DNA from: an uncultured Burkholderiales bacterium
GTDB taxonomy: Bacteria; Vulcanimicrobiota; Xenobia; Xenobiales; JADMJV01
Assembly (NCBI GenBank): GCA_964649085.1
Contig: CAZYPN010000014.1
Location: forward strand, 78 to 64,077
Length of the DNA stretch: 64,000 nucleotides
Direction of reading: 5' to 3'
The translations under genes were made by a program, and so were the position numbers. Shown one piece after another: positions 1-8,296 of this stretch; position 1 is the stretch's first letter; each line of letters begins with the position of its first letter. The notes below the pieces were generated by a model. The model was given only the letters and a program-made list of their open reading frames with translations, had not been told where the DNA came from and did not search any database.

Positions 1-413
1 CCGCGCTGCCGGGCCGAGGCGATGCCCTCGCGCTGGCGCTCCAGGATCAGCGACCGCTCGAACTCGGCCACCGCCCCCAACAGCGACAGCATCAAGCGCG
101 ACATGGGGTTGGCCTCGGCGCCGGCCTCAAAGCACAGGTTCTCGCGCACAAAGCGCACCTCCACCCCCTTGCGGTTCAGCCCCTCCACCACGGCCAGCAG
201 ATCGGCCAGGTTGCGAGCCAGCCGGTCCATCGAGTGGACGAACAGCACGTCGCCGCGCCGCAGATAGCGCTCGGCCTCTTCCCAGGCCGGTCGCTTCAGG
301 TCCTTACCGCTGGCCCGATCCTCGAAGAGCTCGTCCAACGCTAGCCCCTCCAGCTGCCGATCGCTGCGCTGCTCCCAGCTGCTCACCCGGCGGTATCCCA
401 CTCGCTGACCCAT
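1..413 (-). CDS. Small serine recombinase (resolvase/invertase family), N-terminal catalytic domain; C-terminus lies beyond the window start
   Basis: Own translation of the minus strand from ATG 413-411: MGQRVGYRRVSSWEQRSDRQLEGL..DRASGKDLKRPAWEEA..GDVLFVHSMDRLARNLADLL..MSRLMLSLLGAVAEFERSLILERQREGI. It carries the Y-x-R-V-S-x-x-x-Q catalytic-serine motif and the SG..RP, DRLAR and AEFER..I.ER motifs of resolvases/invertases. It is missing from the ORF track because it has no stop inside the window. Confidence 0.85.
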   Translation of the reverse strand, partial: MGQRVGYRRVSSWEQRSDRQLEGLALDELFEDRASGKDLKRPAWEEAERYLRRGDVLFVHSMDRLARNLADLLAVVEGLNRKGVEVRFVRENLCFEAGAEANPMSRLMLSLLGAVAEFERSLILERQREGIASARQR

Positions 414-423
414 CGTGCCTCCC

Positions 424-545
424 GTGTCCAAATAGACTCTTGGACCCTGTTGGACACCTGTCAGAAAACCCATGCCACCCACCCCAGATGGACACAAAAA
501 CCGCCTCGGCCGGGTGTCCAGTTGGGGTATACCCTACATGGACAC
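424..545. promoter_or_regulatory. res-like cluster of inverted TGTCCA/TGGACA half-sites immediately upstream of the recombinase start
   Basis: GTGTCCAA 424-431, TTGGACcC 440-447 (partial), TTGGACAC 450-457, TGGACAC 489-495, GTGTCCA 514-520, TGGACAC 539-545. The pairs 424/457 (34 bp) and 514/545 (32 bp) are inverted repeats with about 18-bp spacers. That is five perfect hexamers within 120 bp. Confidence 0.55.
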
Positions 546-602
546 ACCCAAGAAGTCGGCGGCCCTGCCACCAAGGCCAAGAAAGCTTTCGCATCGGTTT
601 GA

Positions 603-714
603 GGTTGTGGCGTTCAAATCGCCACAATGAGGCACCAAAACGCCACATTCGAGGCTGTCGGGGCGGGTTGTGGCGTTCAAATCGCCACAATGAGGCTCCA
701 AAACGCCACATTCG
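603..714. repeat. Tandem direct repeat: two 49-bp units with a 63-bp period, each containing a hairpin
   Basis: Units 603-651 and 666-714 read GGTTGTGGCGTTCAAATCGCCACAATGAGGC(A/T)CCAAAACGCCACATTCG and match at 48/49 positions. Each unit has TGTGGCG / 7-nt loop / CGCCACA (606-612 with 620-626; 669-675 with 683-689) plus a third CGCCACA (641-647; 704-710). Confidence 0.9.
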
Positions 715-900
715 GCCGGGTGACCAGGACAACTCCCACCGGGCCCGCGCCGCGTAGGGCAGGGCCCCAACGCCCTCGACCGACTGCTCGCCTCCATGGT
801 CGTTGCCCCCAAGGCCGCTAACTCCCAGGTTGACCGGCTGGGTCGACTCACTTCGAGCAGCGACTTGCTGGACCGCGGGGCATTCGCCGACGCTCTGCCG

Positions 901-1327
901 TCAGGTGAACATCCTGACCGGGACAGCTGCTTCTCGCGATAGCCACGACACGCGCCTTGCCTTTTGCCCGGGGGTCGCTAACTCGCTGATGAAAGGGGCG
1001 ATGAGTTGGTAGCGCCAGGCCGCCTCCAGAGGCAACTGCTCCTGCCTCAACTCTCGAAACCAGCGTAGGGCCGATCGAGGGTCTGGACCCGTGACCTCAA
1101 GGGGCAGCCCCGGCTTACCCTGGGCGGCAACTGCCTTGACCACTGTACCAGAACCGCTCGTCCACCTGACGCCGCAGCAGGCGTGGGGTCGACTCCAAGC
1201 CGAACTGAAAGGCATTCCGATGGAAAGAATTCAGAGGGTGGTGTCGCGACATTTGCTCGGAAGTTAAGTGCTGAGCCAGGAATTCTTGGACCTGCTCAAG
1301 CTTTTGCACGACACACAACAGAGACAT
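901..1327 (-). pseudogene. Degenerate frameshifted ORF remnants; possibly an N-terminal HTH fragment of a Mu/TniA/TnsB-type transposase
   Basis: Two overlapping frames (901..1215, 1115..1327) lack a convincing start. The segment ..EAAWRYQLIAPFISELATPGQKARRVSWLSREAAVPVRMFT* loosely resembles the W-R-x-x-L-I-A-P-L ... GVS.RT.YRW N-terminus of DDE transposases and then terminates. The evidence is weak. Confidence 0.25.
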
Positions 1328-1500
1328 CGGGGTAATAAAATCGAGTGTGGCCGGGCAGACGGATTCTTATTTTTGTCTCGGAGTTTAAAGCTCGGCACGG
1401 CTGCCCACTCAGACGACCCCACACTGCGGCGAGGAATGGTTCTGGCTCCACGCATGGCGTAAACCACGCCGCCGAGATACTGCTGTTCCACCCGGAGTAG
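1296..1500 (-). pseudogene. Truncated, frameshifted copy of the Uma2-family endonuclease gene
   Basis: Nucleotides 1308-1376 are identical (69/69) to 2651-2719 inside the intact Uma2 gene. Diverged homology with an internal deletion continues to about 1492. The peptides ..EQQYLGGVVYAMRGA.. and ..GQPCRALNSETKIRIRLPGHTRFYYPDVSVVCR lie in two different frames. Confidence 0.75.
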
Positions 1501-1550
1501 TGTTCACCCACTTCGTGGGGCAGCCCAGGCGAAGCCCACTGCCAGTTTCT

Positions 1551-2198
1551 CTATTCGCGGGGTTGGCCCAGATGGAAACTTGCCTGTCGCCTTTGGCCCA
1601 TCAGGACCATGCAGGTCAACATGACCAGCGTGATGGGCAGGCCACCTGGGGACAGTTCTGGAGCGGGAGTGGGGTCATCGATTTGAAAACTCGGACCGAT
1701 CATTGCGTTCTGGTTGCCGAAGGTGGGTTGGGAGAAAACGGTGGAGGAGCCGTTGTCTACAGTCCCCAGAAAGTTCACGCCGCTTACCGTCGACACGACT
1801 CCGCGGAAGGAGGCGTTGACAGTACCCGAGCCAATGGGTTGGGTGCCAATAGTGTAGGTGCCCGCGGCAAAAGAAGTCGAGCCGGTGAGCGCCGAGGTGA
1901 AACGGAATCCGTCGATCAGCGGATCACTGCTGCCGGCAGCCACGACTCCCTGCAGAACCATGGTGCCCCCGCTGTCCCAAATGGCAACGTTCTGGGCCTG
2001 GGCCATGCCGTCGCCGGCATCATCGAACACACCGAGACTCGTGATGGTTACGTTCTGACTGAGAGAAAAGAGGTAACCCCAGGTAAAGGTGTTGGACGAA
2101 AGTATTCCGCCCGAGACGGTCAATGCTGTAACCGGCACGGCAAAGGTGGCACCGCTGAGCAGCAGCACCACTAGACCTTGCAATAGAAAACTTTTCAT
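1551..2198 (-). CDS. Secreted protein with a PEP-CTERM-like C-terminal sorting signal
   Basis: The start is taken at MKSFLLQGLVVLLLSGATFAVPVTA (signal peptide), with GGGAGGAAG upstream. The C-terminus reads ..DDPTPAPELSPGGLPITLVMLTCMVLMGQRRQ.. (P-E-x, then a TM helix, then a basic cluster). The body motif ITSLGVFDDAGDGMAQAQNVAIWD is typical of PEP-CTERM cargo. Confidence 0.6.
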   Translation of the reverse strand: MKSFLLQGLVVLLLSGATFAVPVTALTVSGGILSSNTFTWGYLFSLSQNVTITSLGVFDDAGDGMAQAQNVAIWDSGGTMVLQGVVAAGSSDPLIDGFRFTSALTGSTSFAAGTYTIGTQPIGSGTVNASFRGVVSTVSGVNFLGTVDNGSSTVFSQPTFGNQNAMIGPSFQIDDPTPAPELSPGGLPITLVMLTCMVLMGQRRQASFHLGQPRE

Positions 2199-2356
2199 CA
2201 GCGGAGAACTTCCTCCCGGTTTTGGCGGCAGCTTCGCAGAGCTTTGGGAACTCCCTCTTTCTGACCGAGATACCTGGCCACTGGGCACTCATGAGATCTT
2301 GCCGACGCGAAAGCTGCGGGTTCTTGCCGAACTGGCCAGCCCGGCCAGCCTCGATC

Positions 2357-2926
2357 TCAGGGAAAATCGACGCCTTCGTAAACCTCACTCAGCGGAAGTT
2401 CCACCCCAATTTCGGCAAGAGACAGGGTGTTTTCGAGTCCCTCCCAAACCTCACGCACAAAGCCTTGATCGCTCCTCCGAAAGCCTACCACCGCAGGTGA
2501 GTCCGGCTCAACTAACAGGTAGATGGCCAGTGAGGGAATAGAGAGATAGGCGTCTTTCTTTTCGCCGAAGTCAATTCTCCGGGTCGAATCCGAAAGAACT
2601 TCCACAATCACGGTGGGCTCATCTTGAAAGACCTGGTCAGGCGGGTTGGGACGACACACAACAGAGACATCGGGGTAATAAAATCGAGTGTGGCCGGGCA
2701 GACGGATTCTTATTTTTGTGTCCGAGTTTAGAGCTCGGCACGGTTGCCCACGCAGACGACTCCATAGTGCGGCGAGGATGTTTGAAGCCACGAGTGTGTG
2801 AATATTTCGGGCTCCGCTCGTGGCGTAAACCACGCCGCCGAGATACTCATGTTTGATCGGGGAATCCAACTCGGCATCGAGATACTCTTGCACGGAGACC
2901 AGATGAAGTTGATTGGCGACGCTCAT
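2357..2926 (-). CDS. Uma2 family (DUF820) putative endonuclease
   Basis: MSVANQLHLVSVQEYLDAELDSPIKHEYLGGVVYATSGA..GQPCRALNSDTKIRI..FYYPDVSVVC..DEPTVIVEVLSDSTRRIDFGEKKDAYLSIPSLAIYLLVEPD. This includes the PD-(D/E)xK-like VEVLS..T motif of the Uma2 family. The ORF extends to 2992, but the family-typical N-terminus begins at the ATG at 2926. Confidence 0.85.
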   Translation of the reverse strand: MSVANQLHLVSVQEYLDAELDSPIKHEYLGGVVYATSGARNIHTLVASNILAALWSRLRGQPCRALNSDTKIRIRLPGHTRFYYPDVSVVCRPNPPDQVFQDEPTVIVEVLSDSTRRIDFGEKKDAYLSIPSLAIYLLVEPDSPAVVGFRRSDQGFVREVWEGLENTLSLAEIGVELPLSEVYEGVDFP

Positions 2927-3040
2927 TTTTCCATCGTATTCGTCAACCGAACCCGACACAAGTTCTCCGGAAATCGTTAAACCCGCGTGCACGGCTCTCG
3001 TGAGGCACTCTGCCGGGTGATGAGCGCAGGCGCTGGCCGC

Positions 3041-3784
3041 CTACTCCTGCAGAAGCCACTTGCTGATCGCACTGCCGACTTCGATGGGGTCGACCTTCAC
3101 GGAGTTGGCTTCTTCACGAGCTTCCTTGACGGCCTTGCGCAGCGCGTCGACGCGCTGCAGCAGCAGACGTCGACGAGGATCGGGCAGCGCGCCCGACATG
3201 TGCAGCTGCGACCAGTAGCCCACCAGCACGTCGTCGTGCACGATTTCGGCCTGGGCAGGGTGGTGCTCCGTGGCTTCGACCTTCATCAGCACGCGCGGCA
3301 CCTTCTTGTGGCGGGCCGTGCGCACCGGTTCGGTGATGTTCAGGCCGGTGGCCTGGTCAGAGCGCCAGGCCTTGCTGGGGTCGAGCACGGGCAGTTTGTC
3401 CACAAACGTGCGGAAGTCTTCCAACTGTTTTTCCAACCAGATGAGATAGGTCACCGGCGCGTCCTTGACCAGAATCTGGCCTTCCACCACCAGGTCGGCC
3501 TTGGCGCGGGTGTTGCCCCAGTCCTTGGTGGCCACCACGTCCAGCAGTTCGCCCCACATGCGAGACCATTGGGCCAGGTTCTCCTGAGCCCGATACTGCA
3601 CCAGCTTTTGCTCCGAGGGCAGATCCTCGCCGTCTTCCGAGCGCCGTTCGTAGGTCCGCGACATGCCGTTGAACAGATCGGGCTTCTGATTGAGCTTGTG
3701 AAGTTCGGCGCCCTCGGAATTGACCCGGGACTTGACCTGCTTTTCCACCGCGATGACCTGGGAGAGTCGTGATTGCTTTGCCAT
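3041..3784 (-). CDS. Conserved hypothetical protein (247 aa); family not assignable by eye
   Basis: Clean 247-aa ORF MAKQSRLSQVIAVEKQVKSRV.. with balanced composition. The antisense ORFs are Arg/Gly/Pro junk. I recognise no motif with certainty. Confidence 0.7.
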   Translation of the reverse strand: MAKQSRLSQVIAVEKQVKSRVNSEGAELHKLNQKPDLFNGMSRTYERRSEDGEDLPSEQKLVQYRAQENLAQWSRMWGELLDVVATKDWGNTRAKADLVVEGQILVKDAPVTYLIWLEKQLEDFRTFVDKLPVLDPSKAWRSDQATGLNITEPVRTARHKKVPRVLMKVEATEHHPAQAEIVHDDVLVGYWSQLHMSGALPDPRRRLLLQRVDALRKAVKEAREEANSVKVDPIEVGSAISKWLLQE

Positions 3785-3798
3785 AGCCTGGCGGTTCG

Positions 3799-4755
3799 CT
3801 ACTTTCCCCTGGGGATCCCCCCGGGGTCCAGCAGGCCTTCCTGCTTGAGCTTCTTGGCGAAAGCGCGGGCCGTCTCCAGGTTGGGATGCCAGGCATCTCC
3901 CGGGGTTTCACCGTGTTCGCCACCGGCCGTGGCCCGTTGCTCCATCAGCGGGGCCAGGTCGAAATGGCGCAGTTGCAATTCCTTCAGCAGCGCCAGCCCC
4001 TGTTGGTGATTCCAGCGCTCGGAGCTATCCCAACGCCGGTAAGGTTTGATATAGGGCAGCATCAGCACCGAGAACTGCACCCCGCTGGCCTCCAGGGCGC
4101 TGTGCAGGCGTTGGAGCTGAGCTCGGACATCCTCGACGCGCTGGCCCTGGCCTCGCTTCCAGCTCAGTCCCAGCAGCAGCCGATAGAGGTGGCTGTGCGA
4201 GAACAGCCAGGCGTTCATCGCCTTGCGTTCCCGATGGGGTATCAGCAGCTGCATATTGCCCTGGGAATCATTGTAGACCAGGGGAGTGGGCAGAAAATCG
4301 TTGGGATGAAAGGTCAGGATCACGTGGTCGGGTTGAATTCGGTGGTTGTGGCGCAGATACAACTCTACTTCCTGAGCCGTATTGAAGCCCTCCACCCCGG
4401 CATTCCAGTATTCCAGGCTCTCGCCGTAGAGTTCCCGCAGGGCTTTGACGATCTGTCCCCGGTGCGTCACCGAGTCGCCGATAAACAGTACGCGCAACTT
4501 TCCCGGCGTCTTCTCACGCGGATACGAGTTGCGCAGGCAGCCGTCGGCGTCGTACTCCGCAGAGTTGAGCCGGGGCAGATAGCCCACCTCGGGGTCGGCG
4601 GCAAAGCTGGAAAGGGTGCCGGCCGCGAAATTCATCGTTTCACCCCCCAGGGTGAACTTCGAGGGAAGCGACATCCGCAGGGCCACTTCGGCAAATATCG
4701 TCCCCCCCAGCAGCCCCAGAGCCAGCATGGCGAGACGCAGCAGGTTGCGTCGCAT
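3799..4755 (-). CDS. SGNH/GDSL-type hydrolase with an N-terminal membrane anchor
   Basis: N-terminal TM MRRNLLRLAMLALGLLGGTIFA. Block I is FIGDSVT, block III is NAGVEGFNT, and there is a C-terminal D..HP (GDAWHPN). Confidence 0.75.
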   Translation of the reverse strand: MRRNLLRLAMLALGLLGGTIFAEVALRMSLPSKFTLGGETMNFAAGTLSSFAADPEVGYLPRLNSAEYDADGCLRNSYPREKTPGKLRVLFIGDSVTHRGQIVKALRELYGESLEYWNAGVEGFNTAQEVELYLRHNHRIQPDHVILTFHPNDFLPTPLVYNDSQGNMQLLIPHRERKAMNAWLFSHSHLYRLLLGLSWKRGQGQRVEDVRAQLQRLHSALEASGVQFSVLMLPYIKPYRRWDSSERWNHQQGLALLKELQLRHFDLAPLMEQRATAGGEHGETPGDAWHPNLETARAFAKKLKQEGLLDPGGIPRGK

Positions 4756-4876
4756 CGTGTCTGCCTCTTCCTCCCGGTCGACAGAGCCTCCTCTGGAAGG
4801 CTCTTGGCCTTTCCTGGATTTCGTGATAGCCTGCAGCCTGCCGGTTTTCCGGACAATGCATCAGGAAAGGAGTCCC

Positions 4877-5236
4877 ATGAAAAAACTGTTACTCGTCGCA
4901 GCCCTGGCCTCGGCCGGCTGGGCAGAAACCGTAGAGTTGCCCAAGGGCGGCTCGATTCCCAAGGGACTGGTTAAGGGCAAGACCAATCTGGTCGAATTTT
5001 ACGCCGATTGGTGAGGGCCCTGTAAGAAAATGGCCCCCAGTTTGGAGGCCTACGCCAATAACGCTGCCAACAAAACGGCGCTGATCAAGATCAACGTGGA
5101 TCAGCACCCCGAACTCTCCGAACAGTTTGGAGTCCGCAGCATCCCCGCGTTCTTCCTCTACGATGCCCAGGGCAAACAAACCCTGTCGGGCAGCGAAGCC
5201 CGCCAGTGGGTGAGCAAGAACGTCCCCATGAAGTAA
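4877..5236 (+). CDS. Secreted thioredoxin-like protein with in-frame TGA (5012-5014) at the first CxxC position; candidate selenoprotein (W-U-G-P-C)
   Basis: Track ORFs ..[34 protein letters not shown] and [37 protein letters not shown] are in the same frame ((5030-4877)/3=51) and are separated only by TGA. The read-through gives [14 protein letters not shown], the canonical Trx WCGPC site. GGAAAGGAG lies upstream of the ATG at 4877, and the N-terminus is a signal peptide. Confidence 0.7.
5032..5050 (+). promoter_or_regulatory. Candidate bacterial SECIS hairpin downstream of the in-frame UGA
   Basis: GGCC(5032-35)/GGCC(5047-50) plus CCA(5037-39)/UGG(5043-45) form a stem around the apical loop G-U-U (5040-42), about 28 nt after the UGA. 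An alternative 5-bp stem is GGGCC 5015-19 with GGCCC 5032-36. Folded by eye only. Confidence 0.35.
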
Positions 5237-5270
5237 GCGATCCTGCCGCCACGCGCCAGGATCCTGGCGC

Positions 5271-6536
5271 GTGCGGAGGAACAGCCTCCGGGTGAGCGAT
5301 CCGGTACCCCCTCGTCAGCGGTCCATCTATCTGGCCGGATCGCGAGGCCAGCTGCCCAAAGTTCCCACCCAGGCCCAGGCGCTGGAAGCCGCCGCGGCCC
5401 GCAGCATGTCAGCCGCCGCCTACGCCTACGTGGCCGGTTCGGCCGGGCTGGAAAGCACCTGTCAGGCCAACCTCCGTGCCTTTGACCGCTACCTTTTGCG
5501 GCCCCGCATGCTGCGCGACGTACGCCAGCGCCAGCTGCAGAGAACCTTCCTGGGCCACACCTACGCCACGCCCCTGCTGACCTGTCCCATCGGCGTGTTG
5601 GAGCTGGCCCATCCCCAGGCCGATCGGGCCGTGGCCCGGGCCTGCGCCGCCCTGGGGGTGCCCATGGTGTTTTCCAATCAGGCCTCGGTCTCCATGGAAG
5701 AGTGCTCGGCCCTGATGGGCGACAGCCCGCGCTGGTTCCAACTCTACTGGAGCAAGTCCGACGAACTGGTGGCCTCGCTGCTGGCGCGAGCCGAGCGCTG
5801 CGGTTGCTCGGCTCTGGTGGTCACCCTCGACACGCCGCTCTTGGGCTATCGTCCTCGCGATCTGGATCTGGGTCACCTGCCCTTCCTGCGCGGGGCGGGC
5901 CTGGCCCAGTACCTCAGCGACCCGGTCTTTCAGGCTTATCTCGATGAGCCCCAACCCCAGGCAGAAAAGCCCCGGCTGTCGCTGCATTCGCTCAAGCTGC
6001 TCTACGATTTGTGTCGCAACTATCCGGGACCGTTTCTGCACAACTTGCGCTCGGGTCGGCCGATTCGGGCGGTGCGCCAGTTTATCGACATCTACGCGCG
6101 AGCCGACCTGACCTGGGAGCGGCTGGCCTGGCTGCGGGGAAAAACCCGCCTGCCCCTGATCCTCAAGGGTGTGCTCACGCCCGAAGACGCCGCTCTGGCT
6201 CGCCAGGCCGGGGTCGACGCGGTGTGGGTTTCCAACCACGGGGGGCGCCAGGTCGACGGGGCGGGCTCCAGCCTGCAGGCGCTGGTCGACATCGCCGAAG
6301 CCGAACCAGAGATGCCCCTGATTTTCGACAGCGGGGTGCGCTGTGGCGCCGACGCTCTCAAGGCCCTGCGGCTGGGAGCCACGCTGGTGGGCGTCGGGCG
6401 CCCCTACGTCTACGGGCTGGCGCTGGCTGGCGAAGCCGGCGTTCGCGAGGTGCTGGAGAACCTTCTGTGCGAGCTGGATTTGCAGATGGCCCTGTGCGGC
6501 GCCACCCGTCCCGAAGACGTCGAGCTGCAGCGTTGA
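5271..6536 (+). CDS. FMN-dependent alpha-hydroxy acid oxidase/dehydrogenase (lactate 2-monooxygenase-like)
   Basis: ..[32 protein letters not shown].. , [46 protein letters not shown] and GRPYVYGLA are the family signature blocks. Confidence 0.85.
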   Translation: MRRNSLRVSDPVPPRQRSIYLAGSRGQLPKVPTQAQALEAAAARSMSAAAYAYVAGSAGLESTCQANLRAFDRYLLRPRMLRDVRQRQLQRTFLGHTYATPLLTCPIGVLELAHPQADRAVARACAALGVPMVFSNQASVSMEECSALMGDSPRWFQLYWSKSDELVASLLARAERCGCSALVVTLDTPLLGYRPRDLDLGHLPFLRGAGLAQYLSDPVFQAYLDEPQPQAEKPRLSLHSLKLLYDLCRNYPGPFLHNLRSGRPIRAVRQFIDIYARADLTWERLAWLRGKTRLPLILKGVLTPEDAALARQAGVDAVWVSNHGGRQVDGAGSSLQALVDIAEAEPEMPLIFDSGVRCGADALKALRLGATLVGVGRPYVYGLALAGEAGVREVLENLLCELDLQMALCGATRPEDVELQR

Positions 6537-8236
6537 GTTTTCTGCTTCAAGGCGGTCGCTACCAGGCCGGAGCCATCCTGGGTCAGGGGGGCAGTTCGCG
6601 GGTCTACGCGGGGCAACACCTGGAGCTGCAACGACCGGTGGCGCTCAAGGGGCTGCACTCGCAGGAACCCGCCGAAATCGAGCTCTTTCGCGAAGAAGCC
6701 CGCCTGCTGGCGGCCCTCACCCATCCACGCATCGTGTCGGTCTACGACTTTTTTGTGGAAGGCAGCCAGGCCTGGATGGTGCTCGAGCAGGTTGTGGGCC
6801 GCACCCTCTATGATCAGGTGCAGCTCGAGCATCCTGTGCCGCTGCAGCGCTGCCTGCAGTGGCTCGACGAGCTGCTGGATTTGCTCGAGTTTCTGCATCA
6901 TCAGCAGCCCCCGGTGATTCTCAAAGATCTCAAGCCCGAGAACGTCATGGTGCGCCAGGATGGTCACCTGGTATTGCTCGACTTCGGCATCGCCAAACGC
7001 CTGACCCCGGTGGGCACGCAGCCTTTGAACAAAGGCATGGGCAGCGAGCACTATGCGCCCCTCGAGCAGTACGGCCAGGGCTCCACCGACCAGCGTTCCG
7101 ACCTCTACGCGCTGGGCTGCACGTTGTTTTACATGCTGACCGGCCAGCAGCCCACGCCGGCCCATCAACGTCTGCGCCACAGCGAGCCCCTGCGTCCCGA
7201 GGCCGGCCGCCCCGAGCTGGATGCGCCCCTGGTCGAGGCCCTGCGCCAGATGACCGCGCTCTTTCCCCAGGACCGCCCACCCCACGTAGCGCGGGTGCGG
7301 CAACTGCTGAAGGAGCGTCCCGCCCCGCGGGGCGACTATCTGCTGCGGCCCCCCCAGATGGCCCAGCCCCGCACGGTCATCGACCGGCCTTCCCCGGAAG
7401 TACGCCGCCTGGGCGAATGGAAGGCGGCGGTACGCCAGGCATTGTTCAGCGCCGAGGGCGAGCTGTGGGCGCTGACCGACCAGGGGTTGCTCAGCTTCAA
7501 ACCCGGACGAGCCCCCAGGAGCCTTTGGAAAGGGGAAGCCGTGGCCATGGCCCTCAGCCCCGAAGGCCGGCGCTGGGCCGTGCTCGGCGCCGATGGCCAG
7601 TGCATCTACTCGAGGCGCGAGCGCGAAGGACGCCTTCGGCTGGAAGGAGCCGAGGGCGCCCGCTGGCTGGCCTGGGGTCCCGATTCCCAGTGGCTCTGCC
7701 TGGCCCAGGCCCAACGGCTGACTTCTCATCAGGGCAGCGACGGCAAACTGCTGCGCACCTTCCCCGCCCAGGGGTGGTGGCAGAGCCTGATGGGCTTTCG
7801 CTTTCTCAGTTGCGCCACCCGGGGCCATTTACTGGTGGCCGGGGGTGGCGACGGCAGCCTGTGGTGCTGGGACGTGCTCAGCGGCCGTCGCCTGTGGCAG
7901 GCCCACCGCCCCGGCCCGGCCCGCTCGCTGGCCATCGACCCCGAAGGGCGACTGTTGGCCAGCTCCAGCGACAGCTCGGGCCTGGCTTTGTGGGAGTTGG
8001 AAAGCGGCCGCAACCTGCAGGAAATCCCCGAACAGGCGGGCTGGCACGGGCTGCACTGGAGCCAGGACGGTCGCACCCTCCTGGGCGGGCTCGAGCGCGA
8101 AGTTCGCCTCTGGGACCTGCCCCGGCAGTCGCTGGCACTCACCCTGACCACGCCCGCGGCCCTGCAAGGCTGCACCTTCGCGGCTTCGCAACTGGCCTTC
8201 TGGAGCGCCGACTCGCTGCAGCTCTGGGAACGTTAA
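6533..8236 (+). CDS. Ser/Thr protein kinase with a C-terminal WD40 beta-propeller
   Basis: Kinase blocks: [40 protein letters not shown]-terminal WD repeats: [10 protein letters not shown].., [12 protein letters not shown].., REVRLWDL. The start is placed at the in-frame TTG at 6533, which overlaps the upstream TGA (TTGA). The upstream part of track ORF 6011.. overlaps the oxidase gene and is rejected. Confidence 0.8.
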   Translation: MSFLLQGGRYQAGAILGQGGSSRVYAGQHLELQRPVALKGLHSQEPAEIELFREEARLLAALTHPRIVSVYDFFVEGSQAWMVLEQVVGRTLYDQVQLEHPVPLQRCLQWLDELLDLLEFLHHQQPPVILKDLKPENVMVRQDGHLVLLDFGIAKRLTPVGTQPLNKGMGSEHYAPLEQYGQGSTDQRSDLYALGCTLFYMLTGQQPTPAHQRLRHSEPLRPEAGRPELDAPLVEALRQMTALFPQDRPPHVARVRQLLKERPAPRGDYLLRPPQMAQPRTVIDRPSPEVRRLGEWKAAVRQALFSAEGELWALTDQGLLSFKPGRAPRSLWKGEAVAMALSPEGRRWAVLGADGQCIYSRREREGRLRLEGAEGARWLAWGPDSQWLCLAQAQRLTSHQGSDGKLLRTFPAQGWWQSLMGFRFLSCATRGHLLVAGGGDGSLWCWDVLSGRRLWQAHRPGPARSLAIDPEGRLLASSSDSSGLALWELESGRNLQEIPEQAGWHGLHWSQDGRTLLGGLEREVRLWDLPRQSLALTLTTPAALQGCTFAASQLAFWSADSLQLWER

Positions 8237-8296
8237 CGAGGGGCGACTCTCCACCATGGACAGGGATATCCGGGGGGAAGCCTGTAGTCTGCTCGG

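Noticed and set aside
603-714. Possible CRISPR array
   Set aside because: There are only two repeat units with a 14-bp gap, no spacer-sized unique segments and no cas genes in the window.
22-757. Track ORFs 22..267 (+), 304..732 (-) and 440..757 (+), including peptides with internal repeats
   Set aside because: The first is antisense to the serine recombinase. The others span the res-like sites and the 63-bp tandem repeat, so their repetitive peptides simply mirror DNA repeats.
424-2356. Invertible promoter (inverton) controlling the PEP-CTERM-like gene via the serine recombinase
   Set aside because: I found no second copy of the 32-34-bp TGTCCA sites near the PEP-CTERM gene promoter (2199-2356) or elsewhere in the window. 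Only a 7/8 chance-level match occurs, at 2717-2724.
5012-5014. Global TGA reassignment (genetic code 4 or 25) as the explanation for the in-frame TGA
   Set aside because: Many well-supported genes in the window terminate at TGA at family-appropriate lengths (for example the oxidase at 6534-6536, rph and the pseudopilin at 21572-21574). The DNA is also GC-rich, unlike known recoded lineages.
6011-6532. N-terminal 174 codons of the 741-aa kinase ORF
   Set aside because: They overlap the 3' part of the alpha-hydroxy-acid oxidase gene in another frame and have Arg/Gly/Pro-rich composition. The kinase domain starts right after the in-frame TTG at 6533.
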